A program made the position numbers and the translations under genes. From Opitutaceae bacterium (lineage in GTDB: Bacteria > Verrucomicrobiota > Verrucomicrobiia > Opitutales > Coraliomargaritaceae): a DNA stretch of 64,000 bases. Where the stretch lies: the NCBI GenBank assembly GCA_051252375.1, contig JBPOFY010000003.1, positions 288,001 through 352,000 on the forward strand, read 5' to 3'. The notes under the pieces were generated by a model. It was given only the letters and a program-made list of their open reading frames with translations, did no database searches and was not told the origin of the DNA. Below are positions 1-9,325 of this stretch, piece after piece. Numbering within the stretch: the stretch's first letter is position 1; the number at the start of each line of letters is the position of its first letter.

Positions 1-1613
1 AGTTGCTGATGGCCTTCGATCAAATTCGTGAGCACTTCTTTGGCTAAGGCAAAGTCCATGGTGGCGTTCATGGTTGTTCCCATGTTTTTGAGCGCTTTGG
101 CGCCAGCGCCGTGGTTACCCGGGTGATTTTCCGGAGAGTTCGACGGCGCACTCAGATAATAGCCGTTTTCATCGAGCGTGAAGAAGTCTTCATAGAAGCG
201 TGCGACTTCGCGCAAAAAGGGCAGGGCGCGCTCCTTCAAAAATACTTCATCGCCGGTATGTAGGTAGTAGTCGTAGAAGTGCTGACCCACCCATGCTCCG
301 GCACCTGTCCAGTGTAGAATGTGAGGCTGGATGTCTTTGAAAAGACCTGATGGTGGTGTGGTGATACAGGGCACGCAAATGCCACGGCAGCCATAGATTT
401 TGCGCGCATTTTCACGGCAATCATCGAGCATGCGCTCAAAATAATCGAAGACAGGAAGTGCCGTTTCGGTGAGGTTGCCAGACATGGCCTGCCAGTAATT
501 CATCTGCAGGTTTTCGTTGGCCATGTTAAAGGTCCAGTAGCCGCGATATGCCCCACACCATTTACCTTGTAGTGGGCTAGGTTGGCTGCCTTCTCGTGAA
601 CTAGAGATTAATAGGTAACGCCCGTATGCCCACATCTTTTCTACCATCGCGGTCGAGACAACGCCTTGGTATGCGTCGAGCAGGAGCGCTTCGTTAGAAA
701 GCGTATTGGTGGATGGCTCGGCGCCAAGGTCCAGCGTGACGCGTTCGAAGAGTTCGCGGTGCAAGCTTTCGTGCGGGGCAAGCAACGCGGCGTAATCATT
801 TGGAAGTGCCTGTAGTTCCTGCTGCGAGTTGTCCCAGTCGCGGTTGCGCGCTCCTTTGACAAATAACTTTAGGACAATGAGCGCATGCGTGCCACCTTGG
901 ATTTGAATGCCGCCGTCGACGGATGAAAGCACGCTGTCTTCACTGGTGATTTGCGCAACTGCACCAAAGTCGGTGCCATCTTCATTGCGCGCGGCATAAC
1001 GGATCGTGCCATTGGTTGCGGATTGAACCTCCAGTTCTATCGGAAGCTTAGGATCTTCTTCGTCGCAGCGATGTGCGTCCTCTCGGTTGTGCAGGTCGAG
1101 GCTGATTGTGGCAGACAGGGTTTGGTTACCTTTGGCTCTTATTTCCATCACCACGCAATCATGTGCACGCGAAACGAAGAGCTTTCGCTGGTAGTCAGTT
1201 TCGTTATCGGTCCATTGAACTGAGACTTCACCCGTCTCCATGTTCAGGTCGCGACTGTAGTTGGAGAATCCGTTACTAACAGGAATATGTATCTTGAGAT
1301 CGCCTAGTGGGAGTGGGGCTCCGATGTCGGCATCATAGCCAGTTTCCTTCAATGCTTCCGACAAAATTGGGTCGGCTTCAAAGGCTTTATTCTCAAGCAA
1401 AAGGCGCCTGACCTCAGGTAAACGATCACTGACGTCGGGTAGCTCTTTGGTGACGACTTCGTGCCACAGGTCATCGTGCGTTAACAAGACCGTTTCGGTG
1501 TGGACTGCACCGTATGATGCTGCGCCGATGACTCCATTTCCGGAGGGCAGCGCTTCGCGCCATTTCGATCCCCACCATGAAGCGGGATATTGGAGTATGA
1601 GTTTATTTTTCAA
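1..1613 (-). CDS. GH95-family alpha-L-fucosidase-like glycoside hydrolase, 3' end runs off the window
   Basis: Not in the ORF track because it crosses the edge. Manual translation from TTG at 1613: MKNKLILQYPASWWGSKWREALPSGNGVIGAASYG...LLTHDDLWH (GH95 N-terminal motif). Same frame at the edge reads NATMDFALAKEVLTNLI. No signal peptide seen. Confidence 0.85.
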   Translation of the reverse strand, partial: MKNKLILQYPASWWGSKWREALPSGNGVIGAASYGAVHTETVLLTHDDLWHEVVTKELPDVSDRLPEVRRLLLENKAFEADPILSEALKETGYDADIGAPLPLGDLKIHIPVSNGFSNYSRDLNMETGEVSVQWTDNETDYQRKLFVSRAHDCVVMEIRAKGNQTLSATISLDLHNREDAHRCDEEDPKLPIELEVQSATNGTIRYAARNEDGTDFGAVAQITSEDSVLSSVDGGIQIQGGTHALIVLKLFVKGARNRDWDNSQQELQALPNDYAALLAPHESLHRELFERVTLDLGAEPSTNTLSNEALLLDAYQGVVSTAMVEKMWAYGRYLLISSSREGSQPSPLQGKWCGAYRGYWTFNMANENLQMNYWQAMSGNLTETALPVFDYFERMLDDCRENARKIYGCRGICVPCITTPPSGLFKDIQPHILHWTGAGAWVGQHFYDYYLHTGDEVFLKERALPFLREVARFYEDFFTLDENGYYLSAPSNSPENHPGNHGAGAKALKNMGTTMNATMDFALAKEVLTNLIEGHQQ

Positions 1614-1723
1614 AATGCAAAAATGTGGATGACTGATTCACGTAAAACTCCAGTTAATTAGCAGGGATGGAGCGGGTCGAGTAGTTCTTTCGTGACATGA
1701 ATGCACACTCAAGCTTCCGCTGA

Positions 1724-1752
1724 GTCAACCGCTTGAATTGAGTATCACTTGA
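1724..1752 (+). promoter_or_regulatory. Copy 1 of a 29-bp upstream motif (gtcaaccgcttgaattgagtatcacttga)
   Basis: 21/29 identical to the copy at 44768-44796; about 130 bp upstream of the dehydrogenase start, in the divergent intergenic region. Confidence 0.5.
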
Positions 1753-1882
1753 GGCGGCTACTTCCGTTAGTAATACTTCAAATCTCTTTCAAACAAAGCT
1801 CGCGCATCAGTAAAATGGGTGTTCAATCCAGTCGCTTACACGAGCTAGATTTTTTTATATTAGAACCGACGAATTTTACACA

Positions 1883-2941
1883 ATGAGTGAATCAATTGAA
1901 TTGGCTACGCCCGAACAAAGTTCGCGCGCATCTACACGACGCCCAAAAGCGCTATTTGCTCTCGATCCAGCATCTTTGGATGTGATTTATGGACCTCTGG
2001 AGCGAGCCAGATTGGAAGAACTCTGCGATTTTTGTGCTCCACCACAATCGGCGGACTCTGTAGCGCAGGATTTGTCCTTACTTGAAGATGTGGAAGTGCT
2101 TTTTTCAGGATGGGGTGCCCCAGTCATGGACGAGGCATTCATGGTTGCAGCTAAGAATCTGAAAGCGGTATTTTACGGAGCTGGTTCAGTTCGATCGTTC
2201 GCGAAACCTGCATTTTGGGAGCGGGAAATCATCTTAACCAATGCAGCAGAGGCCAATGCGGTGCCGGTTGCCGAATACTGTGTGGCGACGATTCTGCTGA
2301 GTATGAAAAACTTCTGGTCCTGTGCTCAAGGCACAAGAAAGAGCGAAGGCTGGTTGCCAGGTGCTCATATGCGAGAAGTGCCAGGGAACTTTCGTAGCAC
2401 AGCCGGCTTCATTACAATTGGCGCGATTTCACGTAAGACACTCGAATATTTGAATGCTTTCGATATCAAGCGTCTTGCATATAGCCGCTCACTCACTCCC
2501 GAATCTGCGGCGGCAATGAATGTCACTCCGGCATCCATCGAAGAGATTTTTAAGACTGCAGATGTGATTTCGCTGCACACACCAAGTCTTCCTGCGACCC
2601 AGGGCATGATCAAGGGTGAGCATTTTGAAATGATGAAGCCTGGCGCAACCTTTATCAACACAGCACGCGGTGCAGTGGTGAATGAAAAGGAAATGTGTGA
2701 GGTGTTGGCAAGACGTCCCGACATCACCGCTGTTCTCGATGTAACGGCACCCGAGCCACCCGTTCCAGGTTCAGCAGTAGAGACTTTACCCAATGTCGTG
2801 TTGACGCCGCACCTTGCCGGTTCGGCTGGTCCTGAATGTCACCGTCTCGGCTACACCATGTTGCAAGAATTCGAGCGCTACCTCGCTGGTGAGCCACTCT
2901 TGTATCACATGACTAAAGACGACTTCGACCGTTCGGCGTAG
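1883..2941 (+). CDS. D-isomer-specific 2-hydroxyacid dehydrogenase (NAD-binding)
   Basis: Motifs ADVISLHTP, FINTARGAVVNE, AVLDVTAPEP, VLTPHLAGS. Confidence 0.92.
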   Translation: MSESIELATPEQSSRASTRRPKALFALDPASLDVIYGPLERARLEELCDFCAPPQSADSVAQDLSLLEDVEVLFSGWGAPVMDEAFMVAAKNLKAVFYGAGSVRSFAKPAFWEREIILTNAAEANAVPVAEYCVATILLSMKNFWSCAQGTRKSEGWLPGAHMREVPGNFRSTAGFITIGAISRKTLEYLNAFDIKRLAYSRSLTPESAAAMNVTPASIEEIFKTADVISLHTPSLPATQGMIKGEHFEMMKPGATFINTARGAVVNEKEMCEVLARRPDITAVLDVTAPEPPVPGSAVETLPNVVLTPHLAGSAGPECHRLGYTMLQEFERYLAGEPLLYHMTKDDFDRSA

Positions 2942-2972
2942 GTGGTTGTATTTTGTTAGACGTGTTCTGTTG

Positions 2973-3041
2973 GTAGGGCGTGTTATCCTTAACACGCCGA
3001 GACCCGAGAATGAGCGGTTCGATAGGGATATCGAACCCTAC
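2973..3041. repeat. GTAG-type REP doublet (REPIN-like) between convergent genes
   Basis: + strand GTAG-ggcgtgtta-tcct-taacacgcc (2973-2999) and - strand GTAG-ggttcgata-tccc-tatcgaacc (3041-3015); two 9-bp hairpins in inverted orientation. Confidence 0.75.
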
Positions 3042-3090
3042 CCAAGTCTAGGTCTCCAACTCGCTATTGGCGACAGCATGTATCGTAACA

Positions 3091-6000
3091 TCATTCTTCC
3101 GACTCACTGACGCTTAGTCGAAGGAAGTAGTTTGGATCATTTGACCAACTGGATTCTGGGACAATGACTTCTCCTGCACTCGTTCCCGATCCAGTCCAGA
3201 TGGGGTTCCAGGTCGGCGAGGATAGGTTGTCGGTTCCCTCTACAGTATAGTCCAATGAAGGGTCCAAAATCCGGTTAAAGGAAACCTCTAAACTCGATCC
3301 TGAGATCGCCGGTCTAATGACGAAGGGGGAGGCGCTGGGAATGATTGGATTTGTTCCTGTGGCATACTCGATCAGGTTAAGGACGCCGTCGAAGTCTGCA
3401 TCGAAATCATCCGCTGCGGTGCCAGTATTGTTATAAGTCCCGAAGTGGGTGAAGCGCCAGTTGTCGAGTTCGGTTTGAGTGAGCTCAAAGTTTGCGCTCA
3501 CGGTAACGTCATCAGTTACGCTCAAGTCTGTGCGTGGGTTATCTGTGCTGCCATCGCTCCAATCGACAAAGCCGTAATTGGTGTCGGGCACGGCTGTGAC
3601 GGCTGTGCCGTCGGCACCATGGTCAATCGTCTGTGGTGTCGTGCCTGTGATGGAGCCGTTGGCGCCTGCAGTGTAAGTCAAGGTGTAGGTATCGATCGTG
3701 AAGTTAGCAGTGACGGTGACATCCGCGGTAACGCTCAAGTCCGTGCGTGGGTTGTCGGTGCTACCGTCGCTCCAGTCGACGAAGCTGTAGTTCGCGTCGG
3801 CCACTGCGGTGACAGCTGTGCCGTCGGCACCATGGTCGATAGTTTGCGGTGTCGTTCCTGTGATCGAACCGTTGGCACCAGCGGTGTAAGTCAGGGTGTA
3901 GGTATCGATCGTGAAGTTGGCGGTTACGGTGACATCCGCGGTAACGCTGAGGTCCGTGCGTGGGTTGTCGGTGCTGCCATCGCTCCAGTCGACGAAGCTG
4001 TAGTTCGCGTCGGCTACTGCCGTGACAGCTGTGCCGTCGGCACTGTGGTCGATAGTTTGCGGTGTCGTTCCTGTGATAGAACCGTTCGCACCTTCGGTGT
4101 AAGTCAGCGTGTAGGTGTCGATCGTGAAGTTGGCGGTTACGGTGATATCAGCGGTGACACTCAAATCCGTGCGCGGATTGTCGGTGCTGCCATCGCTCCA
4201 GTTGACGAAGTGGTGGTTGGTAGCAGGCACTGCGGTCACGGCACTGCCGCTTGTCCCATGGTCAACTGTTTGCGGACTAGTGCCTGTGATGGATCCGTTG
4301 GCACCGGCGGTGTAAGTCAGAGTGTAGGTGTCGATCGCGAAGTTGGCAGTCACGGAGATGTCGTCAGTGACGTTTAGATCTGCCCGCGGGTTGGCAGTGC
4401 TGCCGTCGCTCCAGTCAACAAAGTGATAATTGGAGTGGGGCACCGGAAACACATTATTACCGTCGGAACCGTGGTCGATGGTCTGCGGACTGGTGCCGAA
4501 GATCGAACCGTTGGCGTCAGCCGTATAGGTCACCGTGTGAGTATCAATCGCGAAGTTGGCGGTGACTGATACGTTTCCAGTGACGTTTAGATCTGTGCGC
4601 GGGTTGGCAGTGCTGGCGTCGCTCCAGTTAACGAAGTGATAGTTCGTATCGGGGACAGCGGTGACTGCAGTTCCATCATTGCCATTGCTGACTGTCTGTG
4701 GGCTAGTTCCGGTTATGGACCCATTGGAGCCGGCTGTGTAGGTCAGTGTATAAGTCGGAGTGGGGGGATAGCTGGCATAGAGGTTAGCGACTTCGGTGGC
4801 ATCGAGTTCGACGTCGTAGAGTCGGACATCGTCGATGTTGCCTGTATAGTATGCTCCTGAGATTTGGCTGCCGATCGTGGCTGCTGTTATGCCCGTCATC
4901 GTCTTGGTCTTGCCTGTGCCTGAGTGCCAAAGAGTGCCGTTGCGATAGATATTCATGTCGCCGGTATTGGCGTTCTTAGTGAAGACCCAGTGAGCCCATG
5001 AATCTTTATAATCAGCCGCCGATGCGGCCTTGTTGATACGATCATAACCACTGTCGCCGGCATCCCAATAAATTTGGCCATTACCAAATGGGAGGTGGAC
5101 GCTTAGGATACGCCCGCCTGAACTATTGACGGCATAGATAATAGAGTTGTCGATCGGCTGGCTGCTGTCGCCATAGGACCAAAGGGAGATGGTGATCTGG
5201 TCGTTGATTGAGCTAAATGCAGAACCGATATTAGTGACTTGCGAAGAGCTTCCATTGAATCCCAATCCGTGATTCTGATAACCTGAAACCCAACTGGTAT
5301 TCGAGAGACTTCCGTCGTGGCCGTTTCCGGTGATGTCGGCCGTGGTCGAGCTGCCAGTGCCTTCATCGAAAGTCCAATGGGCTAGCAAGCTGGAGTCATA
5401 CTGCCAACCAGCCGCTACCAATGTGGCTGTATCCCAGCCAGAGTTAGCGATAAAATCGGGATCGATTTTGGCACCGATGGGGGTGCCGCCGTCAAAACCG
5501 CCGAGGTTATTGATCATGGTCGTTCGCGCCGTCCCAGTAATAAGGGAGAGGTCCGCTCCAGAGAAGTCGATGGCATCATCCGCCGTCGCTGCAGACGTCG
5601 CGCCCGAACCACCGCTGAAGAATTTAGCCGGATCTGCAGTGGAAGTCGCGGTGCCCCATACGAGATTTGAGAAGTCGGCTCCCGTGAAGCTGTCCCCCGC
5701 ACCGAAGTTTCCATCCGAGTGTAAAGTGATCCCACTGAGATTGGCTCCATCCCAAGTCGTGACTACACCAGCGTTGTCAAAATCGGTCGTTGTCCATGAG
5801 GTAATGCCCAGTTGTGCGAAATCGAAATTACTGAAGTCGCTTCCGTCTAGCAGTTGCAGATAAGTTGAATCGGCATCCCAAGCGGTGATCATGCAGTGAT
5901 TCGTCAGCTCATGCGTCGCCGGATTAAAGGTCAGCGGCTGGTCCATCCCCAAATCAAAACTGGTGACGGCAGGATCGATGATGTCGAACCAGTTGAGATT

Positions 6001-8988
6001 AAACCCGACGCCGGTCTCACCCGATACCGGTGCCCAGACCAGATAAAGATCATGAACCCCAGGCGTGTAGCCAGTGAGATTGATATCCTGCGAACCCCAA
6101 TTCTGTGCACCTTCGGTATCGATGATTGGCATGGTGCCAATCACTGTTCCGGTTTCGCTAACGAGGCGCACTTCAAGTTGGCCGACTTCTGCGTTGTAAG
6201 CTGCGATCCGAGCTCTGAAGATCGCCCCCGCTGGAAGCGGTATATTGTCGTAGCGCGCCCAATCCCCGGGGTGAGAATTGCTCAAGTTTAGACCACCAAA
6301 GTAGTCTCTCGTAGTCTCGGTACCAAACCCGCTCTGCGCATCGTAGTCTTCTGCCTCATACCATGACGTGTCCACAAAGTTGAGTGGCTCTACCGGAGAA
6401 AGTGGGCTTTCTCCGATGGAGTTGACCGCACTGATCGCATAGTAATAGTGCGTGCCGAAATTGACGTTGGTGTCGATGTAGCTGGTTCCAGTGAGTCCTG
6501 TTTGGTAAGGAGTCGTGAAGGGGCCAGCGGCTTGTGTGGAGCGATAGATATTGTAGCTGTCAGCCTCAAACGATTCCAGCCAGCGCAAGGGAATCTCATC
6601 GCAGCCTGGTGAAGCATAAATGGCAAAGGGCGCTTCAGGTATTTCTATCGCTTCGCCGCCGTTCCCACCAGTGATGCGCACATCAGTGAAGGTCGCAGTC
6701 GAGGTGCTGTTCGTTTGGTCGGAGCTAACCGCGAGTCCGAAATAGGCAGTTGATCCGACGGCGTAATCTGCACTCTCACCGCAACTCCAGCTAATGCCGT
6801 CGGGCGAGCTGTAGCAGTTCACACGGTCGCCGATCCGTTCGATCTTGAGCCAGTAAGGGATTTTTGGAGATGATTGACTTTGGTACGAGCGGGAGCCGCT
6901 ATTACCTTGGTGGCTATGTGCTACGTCACCACGTCGAAAGGAGTGTGTCTGTGGATCACTGCCGCTTGGGTGAGTGACGATAATCGCTTGCATGTCGGCT
7001 GTATCGGTTAGATCCGAGGAGAAGACCAATCCGGCGCGTGCATCCTCGGTGGATCCTCCAGACAGTCCGGTTAGTTTTGCAATAATCGTGGCATCTCCAG
7101 TCACAGACAGATAGGCAAAGCGGTAGTCAGGCACATCGCTATACCACATGCGAGTTCCTCTGCCTTGGACGGTCCACGTTTTGGAACCTGCATTGTAAGA
7201 TGTGCTGCCGTTTGTCGCATCCCCCATGTTGGTGCTGCTCAAACTCGTGACGGAAGCGACGCTGGGCGATGCAGGCAGGGGAGCCGGGGCGATCGCAGTG
7301 GAGCCATCTGACGCCATTAAGTGACAAAATGAACTCTCATTTTGTGGCGCATAGCCGAGGAATTGCTCGAGATAAGGCGCGCGCATACCTTTACGCACCA
7401 CGTAGGCAGTGTGGAGTAAAGTGATCATCTTGGATTCAAAGCCCCAATTGGTATATGGACCGTCGAATTGATGAAACTCGGAATATATATCGTAGACCGT
7501 GCCTGCTTGAATAAACGGAGTGTCCACGAGTAAGTTGAAACGCGCAAGGTACTCCCCAGCGGCCAATAGTCGGTTGTCATACTCCGAATAGACATCCACC
7601 CCTTGATTCCAGAATACTTCCGCACACCAAGCCATCAGCATCAATTGCCCCTGATCATGGGCATCGCGACCATTATCGCCGATCTGCCCATTGGGTAAGG
7701 TGTTGCCCAATGCCGCGGCCGCATCCGAGCGGAACGCTTTAAGGCACTGCTCAAACTTTACTTCATCGTCGAGAAAGACAGCGACGCCCAAGGCTGCCGC
7801 CAATTGAGACATGCCCTGATTCGCGGATCTCAGCGGATCGGGGACAGCTAGATGGTCGTGAGGTGAATTCCACCATACATTTTCAAAATACGTCTTAAGC
7901 GTATCGGTGTCAGCCTGAGTCCAACCCGGCCAGGTGCCACGCAAAATTTCCACTCCTTCGAAGACTTGGTGAGCACGGTAGCCCATTTCTAAATAGACTT
8001 CGCCTGCATCAAATAAGGTATGATTGTTCGCCCAGGTGATCAGGATATCGCGCGCCTTTTGTGCATAGGCTGCATTATCCGTAAAATACCACATACGGGC
8101 CAAGTTATGAACCGCCTCCATATCGTTTTCCCACGCAGGATCGCTTGGATCATTCGGTTGAGGGTTCCCTGGCTTTTTGTGAGAAACCGTCACATAGGGT
8201 CCCTGCATCACATAGCTAAGCGAAGCCGTAGAGCTGGCCGCCATGTCATCATAACCCGTTTTCCAGGGCTCGACTGTCAGTCTCGCTTTTATGTGATTAA
8301 GATCTGCTACAGTTAGACCGATTCCAGGGTGAACAAAGCCGCTCATCGATGGCGTTATATCTCGAACCTGAATGGCGTTGATGTTGGCGTTACCAGTGGT
8401 CGCTAAATAGCGGAAGGTGAAGGTCGCCTGACCAGTCCCATCGGCGACAAAGGTCCCAGTTACATAGGCACCGTCTCCTCCGCCATTGGCGACAGACCCT
8501 GTTGCGGAAGACGAAAATTCGTTGCCGGCCCCTGAATCCATTACCAAGGTGTTATTCCGTGTTCCTCGAACATCTGAAGAAAAGACCTGAACCTTATAAG
8601 TCCGCCCGTCTGTCAGATTATCCAACGTGATCGTTGTTAATGCATCAGAAAAGCCCCATGCCGCAGAATCTATCAGTGAACCGAAATCCCCAGTGAGATT
8701 ACTGAAATTTGCGCTAGCTCCATTATCTGGAGGCGATACGAGCACGTTTCCCTCACCCGCCAAATCGGCAACAGCGCCGCCTGCAGTGCCTATGAACTGA
8801 ACTGTGTTTACCGTAAGAGTAGGGGTGTCACCCAAATTGTATGCATACGCAAGGGTTCCATCTGTATCGACGACGCTCTCGCCAGTGGTGAGCGCTCCAG
8901 TGGATTGCCAATTTATACTGACCGCAGCTATACTTGATGTGAGGGATAGGCAGAGTGTGCTAATCAGGGTGAAAACGTATTTTTTCAT
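3091..8988 (-). CDS. Giant secreted modular polysaccharide lyase: unknown N-domain, alginate-lyase-type (alpha/alpha)6 domain, ConA-like, FN3, CBM6-like, pentapeptide-like region, LamG, 6 InlB-B-like repeats, C-terminal putative sorting domain
   Basis: ORF 3091..9027; start placed at MKKYVFTLIS (8988) because a signal peptide follows. FVHPG...YAQKARDILITWA...GQIGDNGRDAH...WNQGVDVY...DNRLLAAGEY (PF05426-like); YEAEDY...GDWARY...NLNWF (CBM6); LLAHWTFDEG...GNIDDVRLYD (LamG). Confidence 0.8.
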   Translation of the reverse strand: MKKYVFTLISTLCLSLTSSIAAVSINWQSTGALTTGESVVDTDGTLAYAYNLGDTPTLTVNTVQFIGTAGGAVADLAGEGNVLVSPPDNGASANFSNLTGDFGSLIDSAAWGFSDALTTITLDNLTDGRTYKVQVFSSDVRGTRNNTLVMDSGAGNEFSSSATGSVANGGGDGAYVTGTFVADGTGQATFTFRYLATTGNANINAIQVRDITPSMSGFVHPGIGLTVADLNHIKARLTVEPWKTGYDDMAASSTASLSYVMQGPYVTVSHKKPGNPQPNDPSDPAWENDMEAVHNLARMWYFTDNAAYAQKARDILITWANNHTLFDAGEVYLEMGYRAHQVFEGVEILRGTWPGWTQADTDTLKTYFENVWWNSPHDHLAVPDPLRSANQGMSQLAAALGVAVFLDDEVKFEQCLKAFRSDAAAALGNTLPNGQIGDNGRDAHDQGQLMLMAWCAEVFWNQGVDVYSEYDNRLLAAGEYLARFNLLVDTPFIQAGTVYDIYSEFHQFDGPYTNWGFESKMITLLHTAYVVRKGMRAPYLEQFLGYAPQNESSFCHLMASDGSTAIAPAPLPASPSVASVTSLSSTNMGDATNGSTSYNAGSKTWTVQGRGTRMWYSDVPDYRFAYLSVTGDATIIAKLTGLSGGSTEDARAGLVFSSDLTDTADMQAIIVTHPSGSDPQTHSFRRGDVAHSHQGNSGSRSYQSQSSPKIPYWLKIERIGDRVNCYSSPDGISWSCGESADYAVGSTAYFGLAVSSDQTNSTSTATFTDVRITGGNGGEAIEIPEAPFAIYASPGCDEIPLRWLESFEADSYNIYRSTQAAGPFTTPYQTGLTGTSYIDTNVNFGTHYYYAISAVNSIGESPLSPVEPLNFVDTSWYEAEDYDAQSGFGTETTRDYFGGLNLSNSHPGDWARYDNIPLPAGAIFRARIAAYNAEVGQLEVRLVSETGTVIGTMPIIDTEGAQNWGSQDINLTGYTPGVHDLYLVWAPVSGETGVGFNLNWFDIIDPAVTSFDLGMDQPLTFNPATHELTNHCMITAWDADSTYLQLLDGSDFSNFDFAQLGITSWTTTDFDNAGVVTTWDGANLSGITLHSDGNFGAGDSFTGADFSNLVWGTATSTADPAKFFSGGSGATSAATADDAIDFSGADLSLITGTARTTMINNLGGFDGGTPIGAKIDPDFIANSGWDTATLVAAGWQYDSSLLAHWTFDEGTGSSTTADITGNGHDGSLSNTSWVSGYQNHGLGFNGSSSQVTNIGSAFSSINDQITISLWSYGDSSQPIDNSIIYAVNSSGGRILSVHLPFGNGQIYWDAGDSGYDRINKAASAADYKDSWAHWVFTKNANTGDMNIYRNGTLWHSGTGKTKTMTGITAATIGSQISGAYYTGNIDDVRLYDVELDATEVANLYASYPPTPTYTLTYTAGSNGSITGTSPQTVSNGNDGTAVTAVPDTNYHFVNWSDASTANPRTDLNVTGNVSVTANFAIDTHTVTYTADANGSIFGTSPQTIDHGSDGNNVFPVPHSNYHFVDWSDGSTANPRADLNVTDDISVTANFAIDTYTLTYTAGANGSITGTSPQTVDHGTSGSAVTAVPATNHHFVNWSDGSTDNPRTDLSVTADITVTANFTIDTYTLTYTEGANGSITGTTPQTIDHSADGTAVTAVADANYSFVDWSDGSTDNPRTDLSVTADVTVTANFTIDTYTLTYTAGANGSITGTTPQTIDHGADGTAVTAVADANYSFVDWSDGSTDNPRTDLSVTADVTVTANFTIDTYTLTYTAGANGSITGTTPQTIDHGADGTAVTAVPDTNYGFVDWSDGSTDNPRTDLSVTDDVTVSANFELTQTELDNWRFTHFGTYNNTGTAADDFDADFDGVLNLIEYATGTNPIIPSASPFVIRPAISGSSLEVSFNRILDPSLDYTVEGTDNLSSPTWNPIWTGSGTSAGEVIVPESSWSNDPNYFLRLSVSESEE
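3478..4755 (-). repeat. Intragenic tandem repeat, 6 x 213 bp (71 aa; InlB B-repeat-like)
   Basis: Unit TYTLTYTAGANGSITGTTPQTIDHGADGTAVTAVADANYSFVDWSDGSTDNPRTDLSVTADVTVTANFTID occurs six times; the DNA period of 213 bp was checked (3683 vs 3896). Confidence 0.93.
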
Positions 8989-9167
8989 AGAGAGGCTTTT
9001 CAATTTCAGGGAGACCCAAAAGTGCACATGCTTAGATTCGTCAGCTTAGGCGTAGTAACGAACTCAGCGATAGGTAGGGGGGTGGTAGGGGTAAAAAAGT
9101 TGCCTAGGTTAAGGTTAAATGAATAAGCAATGTAGGGTATAATACTTATGTTGAGCAGTTTGTGAAA

Positions 9168-9196
9168 GCAAGCTAATCTCAATTCAACCGCATGAC
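9168..9196 (-). promoter_or_regulatory. Copy 2 of the 29-bp upstream motif (gtcatgcggttgaattgagattagcttgc on - strand)
   Basis: 25/29 identical to 44768-44796; about 180 bp upstream of the 8988 start, in the same orientation as the gene. Confidence 0.65.
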
Positions 9197-9325
9197 CTAC
9201 TGGGTTTTTTACGCCAAAATAACAAGGGCCGCGCTTCCGAGCTAGCCGTTGGTGAGGTTAACTATAATCTTTTAATAGATTATTATGCGGCACTTGCTAG
9301 CGCAGTAGAACCGGGAGAGGGTACT

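Noticed and set aside
3445..4377. 310-aa + strand ORF
   Set aside because: Antisense shadow of the 213-bp coding repeat of the large lyase; no independent features.
3478..4755. CRISPR-like array
   Set aside because: Units are contiguous 213-bp in-frame coding repeats with no unique spacers; no cas genes.
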